This document shows, one piece after another, positions 29,300 to 43,186 of a stretch of DNA of 64,000 nt (within the stretch, counting starts at the first letter, position 1; each line of letters opens with the position of its first letter). The notes under the pieces were generated by a model, which was not told the origin of the DNA, made no database searches, and saw nothing but the letters and a program-made list of their open reading frames with translations. Source of the DNA: Lingula anatina (Eukaryota > Animalia > Brachiopoda); contig CM120643.1 in assembly GCA_051362555.1 (NCBI GenBank), forward strand, positions 22,262,848 through 22,326,847. The letters run 5' to 3'. The translations under genes and the position numbers were made by a program.

Positions 29300-30250
29300 G
29301 AAGGAGTGAAGGGGAACTTGGTAACTTTTGTGAATGAGGTGTTTTGTGTGATATCAAAAGGCCAGTGCTGTTGGCATTGGAATCACTCGAGGAACTGTCT
29401 GTAAACTCATTCAGCATCGCACAAAGTAATATACGCGACCAGGCATCAGCACTGGCCGTCCCCCTTAAAACTAAAGCCTGAAAGAACCGTATACCCTACC
29501 AGAAGTGTCCTCAAAGGAGAACATTGACAGCACCTTCTCTGTAAGACAGTGGCAAAAACGCACAAAAACCACAGGATCAGTCAACGGCAGACTCCTGATA
29601 TGTGACCCGGGACAAGGTGTACTCCTAAGATAAACTTTTTTAATCCAATTGGGAAAGGGCCACAGATAGGAATGGTCCCGACAACTCCAGTACCGAGAAA
29701 TGCGTCATAAGAGATATGTCTGGTTTTCTGAAGCGAAATGTTTTCGTGGCGTTGTTGGCATGCTCCAATATTTCATGTCAAGTTCGGAAGTGATTTGCTT
29801 AAGGCTGTGAGATGGGAACTGTTGCCCACTTTGGGCCATCTTTGGTCTGCCATTCCCTACGAAGGCCGAAGCAACCTGGTGTGGTTTACCTCAGGGAAAG
29901 TGTAAATGGTGTTATTAGCTAGGATTCATTTCGGCCGTACCTTTCTGTTCCAACATGGCAAAGCTTCATATCTCACCGTGCTTGCAAAAACGAAAAGTCT
30001 TCAGTGACCAGGAAATTGAGCGAGAACAGTGGTCTTCTTTTTCTCCCGATTTGAATCCCATTGCGCACTGTTGGGATGCTCTAGACCGAACTGTAAGGAG
30101 GATAGAGGTCCAACCGATTACACGGGATGAGCTGAGGCAGGCGTTCATGTCAAGGGTGGTGGGTTAATCTGAGCCAACAAAGTGCAGAACAACACTCCGA
30201 AGAATAGATGACTTAATCTGGGTTTGTGGCAGCTACCCGAGATAATGACT
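29300..30250 (+). mobile_element. Degenerate Tc1/mariner transposase
   Basis: ORF 29955-30167 contains WSSFSPDLNPIAHCWDALDRTVRR, matching the Tc1 WPxxSPDLNPIEHLW motif. Upstream remnants resemble VWAAISYxGR and FQQDNA. Many stops and frameshifts; boundaries approximate. Confidence 0.8.
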
Positions 30251-32000
30251 CGATTAATCCTAAATTGTACATTGTTGTGTTTGAGTGCCTCTACTTTTTT
30301 TAGCTTATCCCTGCTTTTTTTAACATGATATATGATGTTCACGATAAATAACCGACGATTTAACAAATTTATAATTGATCACCAAAAGGTACTCAAACCA
30401 AACAATCTACAAATATACTGTAACTTGGAATCACGCAGAACATGAAATGATAATAACATACTAATGAACTGGTTGTAAGTTACATTTTGTCTTAGTTTGA
30501 ACTTATTGAAACCGTAGACGCAATTCTCCAATATTTCCAAACAACTACTCCAATTCTGCCTTACACGGGAACTTCTAAATGATATGTTTCCAAAGGCCTG
30601 TTTACAGCCAAACTTGACCCACTTAACTTGGAACAACTCATAACAGAAGGGAGCCTGATTACGATAAGTTTACTGATAGTGACCAATATAATTTGTGTTT
30701 TGCACGCTCACCGTCAATACCCTTGAGGTAAGTTATAGTATAAGTCTTTGGAATGGTTTGCTATGGCGAGATAATCAGCCTTGTCTGCCGCTACGAGTCG
30801 TAGTATTAGTAGTTAGGTCGACACATCTTCAATCGGAACAAGATTTAATGAGGACTATCGTCTTGACTGAATTTCCAGAATACCTAGAACCTCAGAGAAC
30901 TGGCAGGACTTTCCTCTACCCAGCACGCACATGTTATTTTTATTGAAGACGTATCAATCTAGTTAGTTATATGGGTACTAAGTCTTTGGGTGCGGAGAGT
31001 TTCCAAAAGAAATATAAGAAACCAAGGCTATTTATTCTCCCAATGGACAAAGACAAATTCATGTAGGTGGTGTTGGAATGTTGCCCTTAAGATCAAAATT
31101 TAGCATAAAAATTTTTTGGCATTATATTCTGCAGGTGCCGCCATCGGTCCACAAATTTGTGCGTTGGTTTCAGCACCATTGCCGTGTGGTATGCTAAGAC
31201 TTTTTTGCGACCTGACAACAGAGAATAAAGCTGGATACAGTTACTGCCCAACTGCATTTTTCACTGTAGAAATCTTATCAATTTTTTACTCAAGCCTGCA
31301 ACTAGTCCGGGAAGACATTGTAACGAAATGGTTTTGCTTGCAAATTATTTAAAGAGCTTTGTAACATTTCACGAGATGAACGTAATGGTTTTGTTTAGAG
31401 TTTCACAAAATGTAACCTAATTTATTATGTACATGCAGCTAATCCATTAGACGATCTGGTCTAGCAAACTCATCAAACTTTGCAAGATACATTAGATGAA
31501 GGTGGGGGCAGTGTTTAGGATTCTTTGTGAACGATGGGTTCACTTTACACCATAAGTTGTTACTTTAAACCAAATAAATTAAATTAACACACCCTCTGAA
31601 AAAGCCTTAGCTTTTCACACGAAGTGACAATATAAAGAAAGCACAGACTAGTAATCATTTACCCGGTTCAAGACAGAAAAGAGTGTTCTGAAAAATCTTG
31701 ACGAATCGTGGGTCCGAGGAAAATGCATGTGTTTGTAGGATATTTTTGACTTTGAAACACGATACATTTATTACCGGAAAGTGTGAAATAATGTTGGGTT
31801 TTCATGAATTAAATATGTATACCTGTATCATTCTTTACTCTCTGTTTGTCAATTATCGTATTAATTCAGAGAGCCAAGACTATCTTTGATCTTCCTTGCC
31901 ATTGGTATTAAAAAAGATTGGATAACTTGCATCTAAATGACAAAATATACACGTACATGCGCCGCGTTCCCAGTGGAGATGTGACGGCTTTCATCTTAGA

Positions 32001-32241
32001 CCCCATTCCTACAGGCACATCATCAGTCCACGTGGATCGACCTAACTCTGCGGGAACTCTCGTTAAGTGCAATCAGCTTAAATGTATGACACGCCTCCTC
32101 TTGTTTACGGCGTAGTCGCATTAGCACAAGTTTTTCTGTATTCTATTTAACGCCAGGGGAGGCATGTTAATCTGATTGCACTTAGCGAGAGCCCCCGAAG
32201 AGTTGGACCGAGCCACGTAGGCTGATGTGTTTATGGGAATG
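32001..32241. mobile_element. Foldback MITE family A, copy 3
   Basis: cattcc...catcagtccacgtggatcg...taagtgcaatcag pairs with ctgattgcactta...cgagccacgtaggctgatg...gggaatg. Confidence 0.6.
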
Positions 32242-33178
32242 CTTCCTATGGGTATGCTCTCTTAACACACACCCCAAGTGCGTTCTGTCTTTTTAATATC
32301 TGTCCATTGGAAAGCTAAGTTTATCGTTTTGTTGTCCCGTTTACCGCCATCGTTACAAGTGAATTAGAAGGTCGTGTCACTGTGGTTTCGAAACGCAATC
32401 TACACGGTCTGTCGATAAAGTGTCATGTCACGAGTGGAAATGCGGCCATTACTATCATGTACTCTCAACTCGACTCTACCGATTTTGTGACATCTGGGAC
32501 AGCTAGAAGGGTACCTGGTCGAGAGAAATAAGCATGTGTCTTCTACCAGTGGATTCCAATAAACGTCAAAATATCCCATTTTAAACTTCATTGTCATGTA
32601 TGAATACACGTAAAAAAAGGATATAACACGAATATTGCATATTTTGAAGTTGCTTTTTCTTTAGGAGAGTGAGTCGACGTGAAATATCAGTTTTGTGGAA
32701 CGTGGATAAAACATCGTTTTATCAAAATGACTATTGACATTTTGAACGCAAGAACGGTTAATTGTAATATGCCATATAACAAGGTGATGAAGACATTAGA
32801 TAATTACATGTTACACACCATTACCGCATTGGAGCCAACAGAATTATTGAAATGCGTTCGTCTCTACTTAGATATTTTTTTTACAATAGAATAATGTAAC
32901 TTCCTGATAAGACTTGATATTTATAACTTTACTAGTGTAAAATTAACTTCTGCAAAGTATCTACAGTGAAGGTAAAGTCGACAGATTTCCATCAAAACAG
33001 GGCTAGATTTTTTATTGATTGACACCAAACCATTCAATCATACAAAATATTAAATATTTGAACTGTATTAACCGTAGAATAAAAAAAATAAAACTCAAAA
33101 TTTGGTTTGGAGGCCCCCAATGACAAAAGACAGAAATAAAGCTAGTTCGATCAGGACAAAAATAAACCAAAAACTTAC

Positions 33179-33320
33179 TCGGAAATGCGCTGATGTCTAG
33201 TTATTTATTTGAAGCAGACGGAAGAGTCAAAACGGGATAAAAAAACAATGGTGGCGTTCTTCGATCCAAACCATCGCCGTTGTAACCTTCAAGAAACGAT
33301 CGCATGTAGCGTTCAAAAAA
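33179..33320 (-). other. Candidate non-coding first exon (unidentified minus-strand gene)
   Basis: CpG-rich segment ending ...gcgcatttccga|gtaagttt (strong donor); 5' boundary approximate. Confidence 0.3.
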
Positions 33321-34890
33321 GGACAATAATTTGTAATCACATGTAACCATGTATGAACAATATGGAAATTTAGCACTCCCCAGAGAGACAAAAAAAAAGC
33401 TAATAGTGTTCAGGGGCCACCACATCACTTCGTTTAGCTAATGTGCATGAATTTGATCTTGGGAAAAAGTTAAGTTTAATGTTAAATGGCACAATTAAGG
33501 CAGAAAAAATAGCAGGCATAGAATGTGTCTTTTTTTATCTCGCTAAAACACACCATCGACGGCGTTAATACTCGATTCCATTTGCGTAACATGTGCCCAT
33601 TAGCTTTGTAACGTAATGAATCGCTAAGATTAATTTGCAAGTCCTTATTTTTTGCGCTGTCATCATGATTGTCAACCCATAATGCTATTACAGTTGTATC
33701 TTAGTAGGCGCGCCTGGGGCATTGTGAGAAAGGGCGTTTAAGGACATTGTAATGCGGACTTCATGTGATGTATTATTCAACTGATGCTGATCCTCTCTCT
33801 CTCTCTCTCGGTAAAACACAATGGTCTCATGGATCGGTCTTCCCTACTGCAATGGACACACATTGCTTCAAGCCCTCACTTTTTATTTATTTATTTTTTT
33901 TTATTTATTTTTTTTTTTATTTATTTATTTTTTTTTTTTGTAATATGGTTTATAAAAGTGGTACTCTTATTCAAATTCGTTTTATGTGATGTTTAGATGC
34001 ATAAATCAATCAAGGCGACAGCCAAGCAAAAAATAATAGAATTTGAAAATTATAATTATACTGCTTAAATCCATCGCCATCAAATCATCCAAAAATTTGT
34101 GGAGAAATATTTAATTTAATATTTTTCAAAAATCTGTGATTTCACATTTTATTTAATATCTGTACCTGGTAACACTGGATTTGTGATTACTGGTCAAAGT
34201 AGGCCTATTTTACCCTCCTTAAATACGACTAAATATTATTTTTTGGTCCGTAAAAAGATAAAGTACTGGGATACAATTACAGGTTATCAACATTTAGTAA
34301 CCTGTCTGCTAAACTATATGAATCTCTATCATTCCTCTATCACTCTATTTATACACCCCCTTTTTAGAATAAATAGCATGTTAATAAACAGCCACAGCTC
34401 TTTACTCTATAAAAGAAGACTAACATGTAAATACACTGTTACTTTTCACTAGACACTAATATACGCGAATACAAATACATGAAGTAGAAAAGGATCGTAT
34501 TCAAATTGTGCACATTTCGTTTATGCTTTCTTTCTTTAAATACACACGCATATTTAAATAAGCTTTTAAAAAAATGTTGCTAGTTTGTTCACGGGAAAAA
34601 CTATGAAACTATGTCAAGCAAATTAACTCAACACAGAGTTGTTCATTGTATTGAACATAAAATGTCAAAATTGCTCGCTAAGTATAACAAAAAAAAAATA
34701 AAAATAAAATAAATTTGTACATTTTGATTTTTTAAAACTTAATCTAAGACACCACTGGCATTGGACAGACTATTCTATAGACTGGAAATATTTTCTTACA
34801 ATACTGCCACTATATCCAGCAATTAATCCATCGCTGCTGTCTGCTTTTCACTGACGATAAACAAAAATAGAAAAGTTTGAACAAAGACTA

Positions 34891-35070
34891 GGCTGGGGTA
34901 GCGCTAACAGTCGCCAATTTAGCCAAATGCTAAAACTGACATAAATTGGCTAAACAAAAAGGGCTTGATTTGACTTGTTTTAGTCAAATTATAACCATTT
35001 GGATAACAAATTGACAAAAAAAGTGGTGATTTGGCTAAGCGAAAAAAAATTGCTAGCGCTACCCCAGCTA
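34891..35070. mobile_element. MITE with TIR GCTGGGGTAGCGCTA
   Basis: gctggggtagcgcta (34892) and tagcgctaccccagc (35054-35068) are exact reverse complements; internal ttggcta/tagccaa repeats. Confidence 0.6.
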
Positions 35071-35588
35071 GGTCTTCATAAATTCTTTATAAAAAACAAG
35101 TTCATCTTATACAAGCACCTGTGTATAAAAAAAGACGCCCGCCAAGTCACATACTTTGATCGTGAATATTCATATCATAATAAAAAAAACGAGACAGCAC
35201 TGGGGGCTTTGTTTGTCTTAAATTGTCCCATTTTCTTTCCAGATAATCAGTGGTAGTGTCTTAAGGCACGTTACTTCCAGTTATTCTTATATACAACAAT
35301 TTTTCTTCAAATATGAAATGAAAATGCAAGGGATGCACGAGACAGCTTACTAGACTTCAACGAAGTGAAGAAATATTGCGGCCTGAAAAGCGTTGGTATA
35401 ACTACGAGTTTTGAATTTAGAACTGGAAAGATTCATTTTTAAGTACCAAAAGAATTACTGAAGACCCCAAAGTGCTATCACTGTTTCTTATTATAATAAT
35501 AATAATTATATAACGCCATAACCCCATATACGCCTCTCTTTACTCATGACCGTTGATTGTTACTTAAAACTCCCGAAGTTTTTGGTCT

Positions 35589-37199
35589 TCAGTATTTGGT
35601 TTCCGAGGTGACGGTGGTGGTTGTGGTGGTAGTCGTACTGGAGTGATGGGTAGAGATGGTAGTAAAGATTGGCCGTCCACGCCAAGCTCTCGCAACGAAG
35701 AAAAAATCTACGATAAATACCACCAATGCCAGCGAGGCAAATACCTAAATAAAAAGGAGGAATCGTTAATCGCCAATTCGCAGTGCTGACAAGAAATAAT
35801 TTTCACATGCATTATGAGCTGTTAAAGTTATGTCAAGTGAGGAGACCGCGAGATCGCTGCCATTCCTGTCACACCTGTTTTAACCATGTTTGTAATGTTG
35901 CAAAAATGTAAAACTGTATAGCGAAAAACCGCCATCATAAACAGTGCCCTTTCTTCCCTTTACTTACTATTGTTGCGACTCTTGCTGCATATTGTGAGTT
36001 CCTCCAGTTAGCATACTTTGAAGCTTCAACTGCAGCCGTGATAAAGGCTGCCAACCAGAACAACAGCAGAATCACAAAAGCAATAAATTCCTAGAAATAC
36101 AAAATAAATCATAAAAATAAGCACAGCAGAGAATTATGTGCATTGGTTTCACGCTCAAAAAAACTGAGGGCGATTTTTTCGTCCTTTCCATTTTCACAAA
36201 TTTAAAGAAAATGCTTTGCGATTTATTGCAGGATACATGTGCGACCTAGATATGCCATGTTCAAAATATATAAATGTATGGCCTCAAAACTAAGACCACT
36301 CTATGAGGATCATATGATCAGATAATGATGAAATTCTTTCGGTTCGACTTAAAAGCCCAAAAATATTCTGCAATTTTCAGGGGCGGATCCAGGATTATTT
36401 GAAGGTGCGGGGGGTCCGCGGTCCGATCATATAATTGAAGAAGGTGCAGTTTGAAATATATTTTCGGCTGAACAAGATACAAATTTATTTTATTCATATA
36501 ATAAATTACTGCAACGGTCCTTAAGGGAAACCACGCTAGCTTTAAATGAAATTTTAAATCCTATCTTCACTTAAATATCTCTTCAAATTGAATTATTTTA
36601 CTCCTAATGCCACTTACCAACAGTAACCATATGGGCACCTTATTCACCAAGAGAGTCATATAGAAGATGATGATTACAGTCACAAACACAAGGGAGAAAA
36701 TGCCTACGAATTCCACGAAGGTAAGGCCAGGGAAGTAATGGCTTACGCTAGAATTTACTACGACAGCAGCGCAAATGATTACCAGGATAGAGAGAACCTA
36801 AAATTGAAATAAAATACTGTGAAGTTTTGAAACAATTTTCCCTTAAGGAACTTTTTATGCATTGTGATAGCTTGGGACCAATACTGCTCGTTTGCCATTA
36901 AACTGCCAGCAGGTGTGACCAAACGCGTATCTATAGTATTCTTCAAATATCGCGAACTGAAATCATCCAACGCCGGATTTAAGTTTTTCAATGTAATTTT
37001 TTTTAAATAAATGTTAAGGGCAGCACACAAATGGCAAAACATTCAAAATACCACATGGCAACCACTGAAGTTGAACAAAACTAAACATATACTTTATTAC
37101 CACTTCGACTATCTTGAATATCCCGGGAACAGTGGCGAGATACTGTGGATAACATCCAACTGCGGTCGTGGTTCGAGCTGTCACGGTTTCTCCCGCCAT
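35589..37199 (-). CDS. MARVEL-domain membrane protein (CMTM/plasmolipin-like), 185 aa, 4 coding exons
   Basis: Exons 37199-37101, 36797-36618, 36090-35968 and 35744-35589, all phase 0 with GT-AG sites. Protein MAGETVTARTTTAVGCYPQYLATVPGIFKIVEV/VLSILVIICAAVVV...FPGLTFVEFVGIFSLVFVTVIIIFY...VPIWLLL/EFIAFVILLLFWLAAFITAAV...ATI/VFASLALVVFIVDFFF...TTTTVTSETKY*. Four hydrophobic helices and the MARVEL-type YLxTxPGxxKxxE start. Confidence 0.9.
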
Positions 37200-37594
37200 C
37201 TTCTCAAAGCAAAGGCTTTCTACACAGCAGTGTTATTCAAAAGCTCCACTCTGAAAATGCAAAGTGCATATAAATGGTTGAGAGAGATAAAACACATTTC
37301 TAATTTTACAAGATAGTGCGCATGTTCAAATTATAATTTAAAAAGTAAATTAAATCAAACCAATATATTTATAAAAGCTGATTTACTGTAAGACTATTGG
37401 TTTCAAAAAGAAATCAAATTCAAAAAGAAATATTTACAGTATAAAAGAGCTTTAATTTTGTCAAGCCACAAGAACAAGGGTTCACGTTGGGCGAGTAACT
37501 GCACCAAAAATATGAAGCTTCTGTAACTACAGTGATCTAATGACGTAAGTTGGACAGATACCCTACTACTCGTTCTAGAAATATATTAAGTTAA

Positions 37595-37971
37595 AGGTGC
37601 ATACAAAGTCAATTTTTTGTCACAAAAACCGACCAAATGCCAGCATATAGTTTCAAGTAGTATAACTAAGAGAAGTACCAAAAGGCATTGTTTAATTTTA
37701 CCCGAAAATGATGTTTGAACGGATTTTTCTGCTGGCATTCTAAGCTGTATGTCAATGGGGCAGGAAAGTAGGTCACGAAAGAAAGTTAAATTTACAACCA
37801 AAAATTTAAAGAAAGGAGCAGTCTAAAGGTCTTTTATGGCTGATCGAGTGATCTATTCAGTTTATCCCTTGGCATGTTGAATTCATTTGAGTCATATAAG
37901 AATCTTGTAGAAGTGGTTTACATGTGTTACTGAGAATCCACGCTCCACCGATGCTCGGTTCGTATGTACCT
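37595..37971. mobile_element. Kolobok-like non-autonomous element (TTAA target)
   Basis: TTAA|AGGTGCATAC ... GTATGTACCT|TTAA: short TIR with TTAA duplication. Confidence 0.6.
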
Positions 37972-38199
37972 TTAAAAAGGTCATCAAAAATTATAACCCT
38001 TCTTAAATAAGACAATAAATATCAGCACATTTTTGTTTCGTGTCAAGGACTATTTATAAAATTCTGTGAGCTTGTATCCGGCTCAGATTGTAAGAAGAGC
38101 ACTCTTTTTTTTTTTCGCGTCGCTCTGGCCATATTAGTTGAGCCTAAACTGTATTTCATATTGTAACTAAAAAAAACTCAAACAGCGCAACCTATGCCA

Positions 38200-38380
38200 A
38201 GATTTATAATTAAGTAATAATTAATGGATCATCACCAAAATCTAATAAATTTTTCCTTTGTCTGACTTATCCCGAAAATGTCATGACATTGGCCCATTTA
38301 TGACCTATCCTGAAAACTTAATTACTGAATAATTAATTAATTTCATCGAAATCCGTCCCTTAGTTTTTGCGTAACGCTGT
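38200..38380 (-). mobile_element. HINE/DINE-1-like fragment
   Basis: cctgaaaa...tttcatcgaaatccgtcc...agtttttgcgta is the reverse complement of the motif block at 20250-20300. Confidence 0.45.
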
Positions 38381-39835
38381 GGTATAAATTATTGGGCAGT
38401 GTGTTAAATCGTAGAGCGAGGCCAGGCGAGAAGAAATAAAGTCCCCATTCTGGTACTCTTCTTTGTTAATTTAATTAATTCAATTTAATCTCAACTTTGT
38501 TAATATGACCTTCTACGAAATGGGTTATGAAGCAGGCAATATCATAGTGAGACGCAGACAAGCGTATACAGTCGTTTCTTCTTTTAAGAGATATAATACT
38601 ACCAAGCAGAGTTCAGGTGGAACGATGTATATGAGGACTTCAGTATGGCGTCAAGTTACCGAAAACTATTTCATAAAAAAAGGATGTGGTCAGATTGTTG
38701 GTCTTGTACACCCACGCTACTGAACTTGGGAAGCTTAACCCACGCAGCACGTGATCACGAGGCACTCTAATGACGAATGCTTGAAATATCTCGATCAGAT
38801 GCACGTGTATATGACAGTCAGTGGAGAGAGAAAGTGGGAGAAATTCACATTGTATTTATAGCAGCATTCCACTTCATGGTTATTTTAATTCGGGTTTAAA
38901 AATAGCTCATCGCCCGTTCTGATTCACGTGAAAAAAAAGGAACTTGCTCTCCTCATGATGAGATACGTGAAAAGTATGAGCAGCATTCCACTCAATGTTT
39001 TAATTATGTCAATGTGTATGATTTTTCTAAGGTACTGCGATTCAAATGCCCCGATTTTCCGATTTTGATTAAATTTATCGCGTTCCAACCCCATGTACAT
39101 TAAAAAGTCAGATGTGTATTTTCTTGCAGTAACATGAGCGTTAGTTCTTTGTAAGAAACTACCCTATTCGACCTGACAAAATCACATAAAAAAGACGCTG
39201 GACTAAAACCCTTGACGTCAAATTGTGATGCCGTTAATTCATGTAAGTGCACAGGAGAATCACTATTATTTCTCTTACAGCCAGGTTTGCTTCACGTGTA
39301 TTCGACAAAATCCATGTTTCTCCGCTTCTAATCAGCGGAATGGACCGAGTCATTGGAGATGTCTCATTGATTTCCATGAGCACCCTGAGAACCCTTCTTT
39401 TATATATATCCATTGCTTCTGTTTAAACTGAAATTTTGCAGAATAAGGGTGCGCTCACAACCAAAGTTGATCCATGGACTAACAGGTCCGCAGATCAAAG
39501 ATGGTTGTGAATGCAGCCCAAAGTCACAACGGCGAATTGAAAATATTTTCTCCAACAGATACCCAATTGTCAGCTGATTATATAAAAATAAAAGATAAAT
39601 AGTTGACTTTAATGAAAGCCGCGGTTCTCTCATCGGGTTACAGTCTACCTACGACTAATTTACAAACATGTTAAAACGCGTCCGTCACATCCAAGAAGTT
39701 GCGCTGCTCACACTACTGGATTTCCCTTAAATTTCAGAATTTCAGAGTATTCCCTGAAAACTAAGATCCACTGGTTCATCACTGAATGTTTCACTTCTCG
39801 TCGCCATTCAACACCCTGCGTTTCAAAGTTCTTAC

Positions 39836-39890
39836 CTCGGCTTTTTTCTACCCAGCAGTGTCGGTGAATGGTAGCCTATACATGTAGGAG
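39836..39890 (-). other. Probable 5' non-coding exon of the MARVEL gene
   Basis: Minus strand ...aaagccgag|gtaagaac donor; an acceptor ttttcag| lies at 37251, upstream of the ATG at 37199. Confidence 0.45.
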
Positions 39891-42749
39891 GGCCAGCGTC
39901 AGTCTGTTCAGTGCTTTAAAACTCAGGGTATGACCAAGACCATCACTCTACAGCAAGGGCCAACTGAACAATGAAATCAATGCCGCGCAAAAATTCTCAT
40001 TGGGCAGTAGAATAAATGTCATGAATAGGTGACAGACATATCTATGAATATCTAGTGAAAAGTCGATCTGTGGCCCTAGCTGGTAGACGGCAGCCAAGGC
40101 CAGGAAAATCGGTGTTTCACAGCAGTTCATTATTCTGATTGTTCGGGTGCATCTACTACATGTATTGTCCATTCCCGTCATAAACAATGTACCCTGAGCA
40201 CGAGACTACTGACATATCCTCTCTCTAGCACATGCTGGTGGAGGGGAGTTTAAATATGAAATCCAAGTCGAAAGAATGCGGAATGTGCACGGAGGCAAAG
40301 CACTAGACAAGTACTGCAGGGCTACATGTAGGCCTACTAAGACTATTTGTACGCTATAGTAGAACAAACACTCGCTTTAAAAATAGGTCGACGTTTCATA
40401 TGAATCTGTGACGTCCTCTTACTCAGGGTTGAAAACGCTTCATATTTTCGATTTCATATTGCTCTCTCTAGGGTCCCATAATGCTTATACCTAGGTTATA
40501 TACGAAAGGCTTTCGTATGTCTTAGATTATACGAAACAGCGTAAATGAAAGACCGAGAACACGCTCGATACGCTGTATTCTTTCAGTCTGTACTCCGGTA
40601 TATCCACTTAGGTTTGGACATTTATAGTGTCCTGTCCAGTTATCAATCACGGGCGGCTTAAAACATTTGCTAGTAGCTCTCGCTAGCTGGTGAGGCACGC
40701 TATGTTGTGTTATAATAAGGCCACTGTGGTTGCTTGTATATACTATATCATCCACTCTGGCCTCTGAAAAGGCCGTCGGAAACCTAACTGCCAGGAGGTA
40801 ATTTTTACAGCCTGTGGTTCTGGGCCGTGGAAGTCATCTGGACGCTGACTTAAAAATCTCTAAAGAGCAACTACCCCCCCTCCCCTCCCCACCAAACAAC
40901 CCCCTCCCCGTAACCTACGGCCCTTATACATGTTGTAGACCTCATATTTTTTTCTGCTGGTAGGCCTACCGTTTCATATCTAGAACAGACAGGTTTCTCG
41001 AAACTAGCCTCTGTCGAAACTCAAAGCAAAGTTGTAACCGTCAGACCTAGTTAACATAAGCAAAAATGGCCGAATTTAGTACTGCAAATACTGCAAACAG
41101 TAGTCCTATTATAATAGTGTTGTACATTCTACACAATGTATATGTTGGCCTACTAGGGCCTACGTGTAAAATTGTCTCCATGTCTTTTTCTTGCGTAATG
41201 TTGTCATACAAATATCATTTTAATTTCACTTTGAATGAAGTCCAAAGGACCACAAACGCCCATTCAGGACTCACAAGTGAAGGTCTTAAACGGCATAACA
41301 TTCAGAACGCTTAGTAACGCGGGGTAGGTACCTAATTAACTTCATGCGCGAGTCGGTCTTTGCCTGACCTTAAGCAACCGGTAGAACTGCATCATATTCT
41401 GAGTGAATAGGATGTTTATGATATTGAAAATGAATCATAAAACAGTTACTTGGGACTATCCATCGTGTGTTCAGGAACAAATCACGATTTTTATATACAG
41501 CGAGTTATCAGTGAGTATTATATTGAGCCAAACGTGTACCTACCTGACGACAAGTAAGGCGGAAATTGCGGATACTTGTAGGCTCGTACCGTATCTGGGT
41601 CACGAAAATATCATTGAGCTGATGGAATGAGGTCAAGGAATCTCGTTTCGAAAATGTGACCTCATTCATAAGTGCAGATTTCCATTACCCCCTGTACATC
41701 TAAAATGAATTAACAGTACGCTGACAGTATAAATGCTTTTGTTTTTGTTTGCTCTAAATCTCATTTAGTTAGTTTTGTTATTATATTTTAAAGGCTAGCA
41801 AAATAAGAGAAAACAAGAAGTTCAAATGTAACACTCATTATCTTTTAGTTTTGAGATTGATACAGTAACCATCACATGACAGTCTTATCAAGAAGATGTA
41901 ACTTCTTGGTCTTATGAATAGGCCTGATTGTACCCCCTTAAAACAGAGTTCCATCGGTTGTAAAAAGCATTGAAATCGAAGTTCAGCAAATACGTGAACA
42001 GTTCAATAGCATAAGATGGGAGTTTGGGGATCTTTATTGTTATGAAGAATAAATTTATATGTCATATTTTTTTTCAGATTATAATTTTAAAAACTTGTCC
42101 CTTTGAGGGAAAAATCGTAAAAGTAGACATGTAGACTAATAAGACTTAAAAGACATTTTGTGACAAACTAGTTCATTTATATGAAAAAAATACGCAAAAA
42201 AAAAAAAAAAAAAAAAAATTGAATAGTCCCACTAGGGTCTCCAGAACGTTATACAACAAGTGTACAACATGTAGGCCTACATTTTCACTTCCTTTTTAAT
42301 TTTCGTTTTCTTTTCACTTTTTCTTTCATTATTTTTTCTTCTTCTTTTTGCTCAAGCTGAGTCAGCGTTTACGTGCATTTCTTTCATTTTCAACTAGTGT
42401 AAAATGCCATTTTTAAGCAAATAATGCGAGATTAGTACAAGTTTTAGGAAAAAAAGTAGGCCTACGGAAAATTTAGACAAAGGAAATCCTACTAACCGGG
42501 GTAAAATAAAACAAGTCAAGAAATTCTTGAGATAAAACATTTGGATACAGTTTTAAAAAATGGAAATGATAGTGTTGTCATAGTTCACTAAAGTGATCCA
42601 AACCTTTTTGATGAAGCATTTTGTGCTAAAACAACGTCTTTATCAAGTTGATCATAAATTAAGAATTCGCACTTTTGAAAAACACTTTACTTTTGACTGA
42701 TATGAAAGAATTGGCCATCAAAATAATATTAATTAGAAAGTGAATGAAA

Positions 42750-43186
42750 AGACATTGTTATGCAGCAACTATTTATTAAGACTTCTTAACACAACGCTCA
42801 AATAATGAACATAATCTGAGTCTGAAAGTTTAGCAATAAAAATGTGCCAAAAGATGGCATGGATTAACATTGAGGCCACAGTAAGACTGGTAACCTTCAT
42901 GTTCACTGTTCTCCATCTTCATTCACTGAGTCTCATCATGAGAAAACATTCAACGACCATTTTCCCATGGTTCTCCCCAACTTCTTTTCTTGTAACTCTG
43001 GACAGAACTGAGTCCGATGTTCACAGTCTTGAACTGTAACTATTGTTGTACCGGTATTTGTAATGTTGTACCTTAGATCAGCATTAAGAGAGTGGCATAG
43101 GTGAGTTTATGAAACATTTTTATGCGTGAGCGAAAGTCTTGCGGTTTCTGCTACCAAGCGGTCTTGGAGGATGGTCGTTCAGTTAC
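42750..43186 (-). other. Non-coding 3' exon of Gly/Tyr-rich gene copy 1
   Basis: Acceptor cttcttccttgcag| at 43187 and AATAAA at 42777-42772; shares blocks with 47210-47606 and 51970-52357. Confidence 0.7.
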
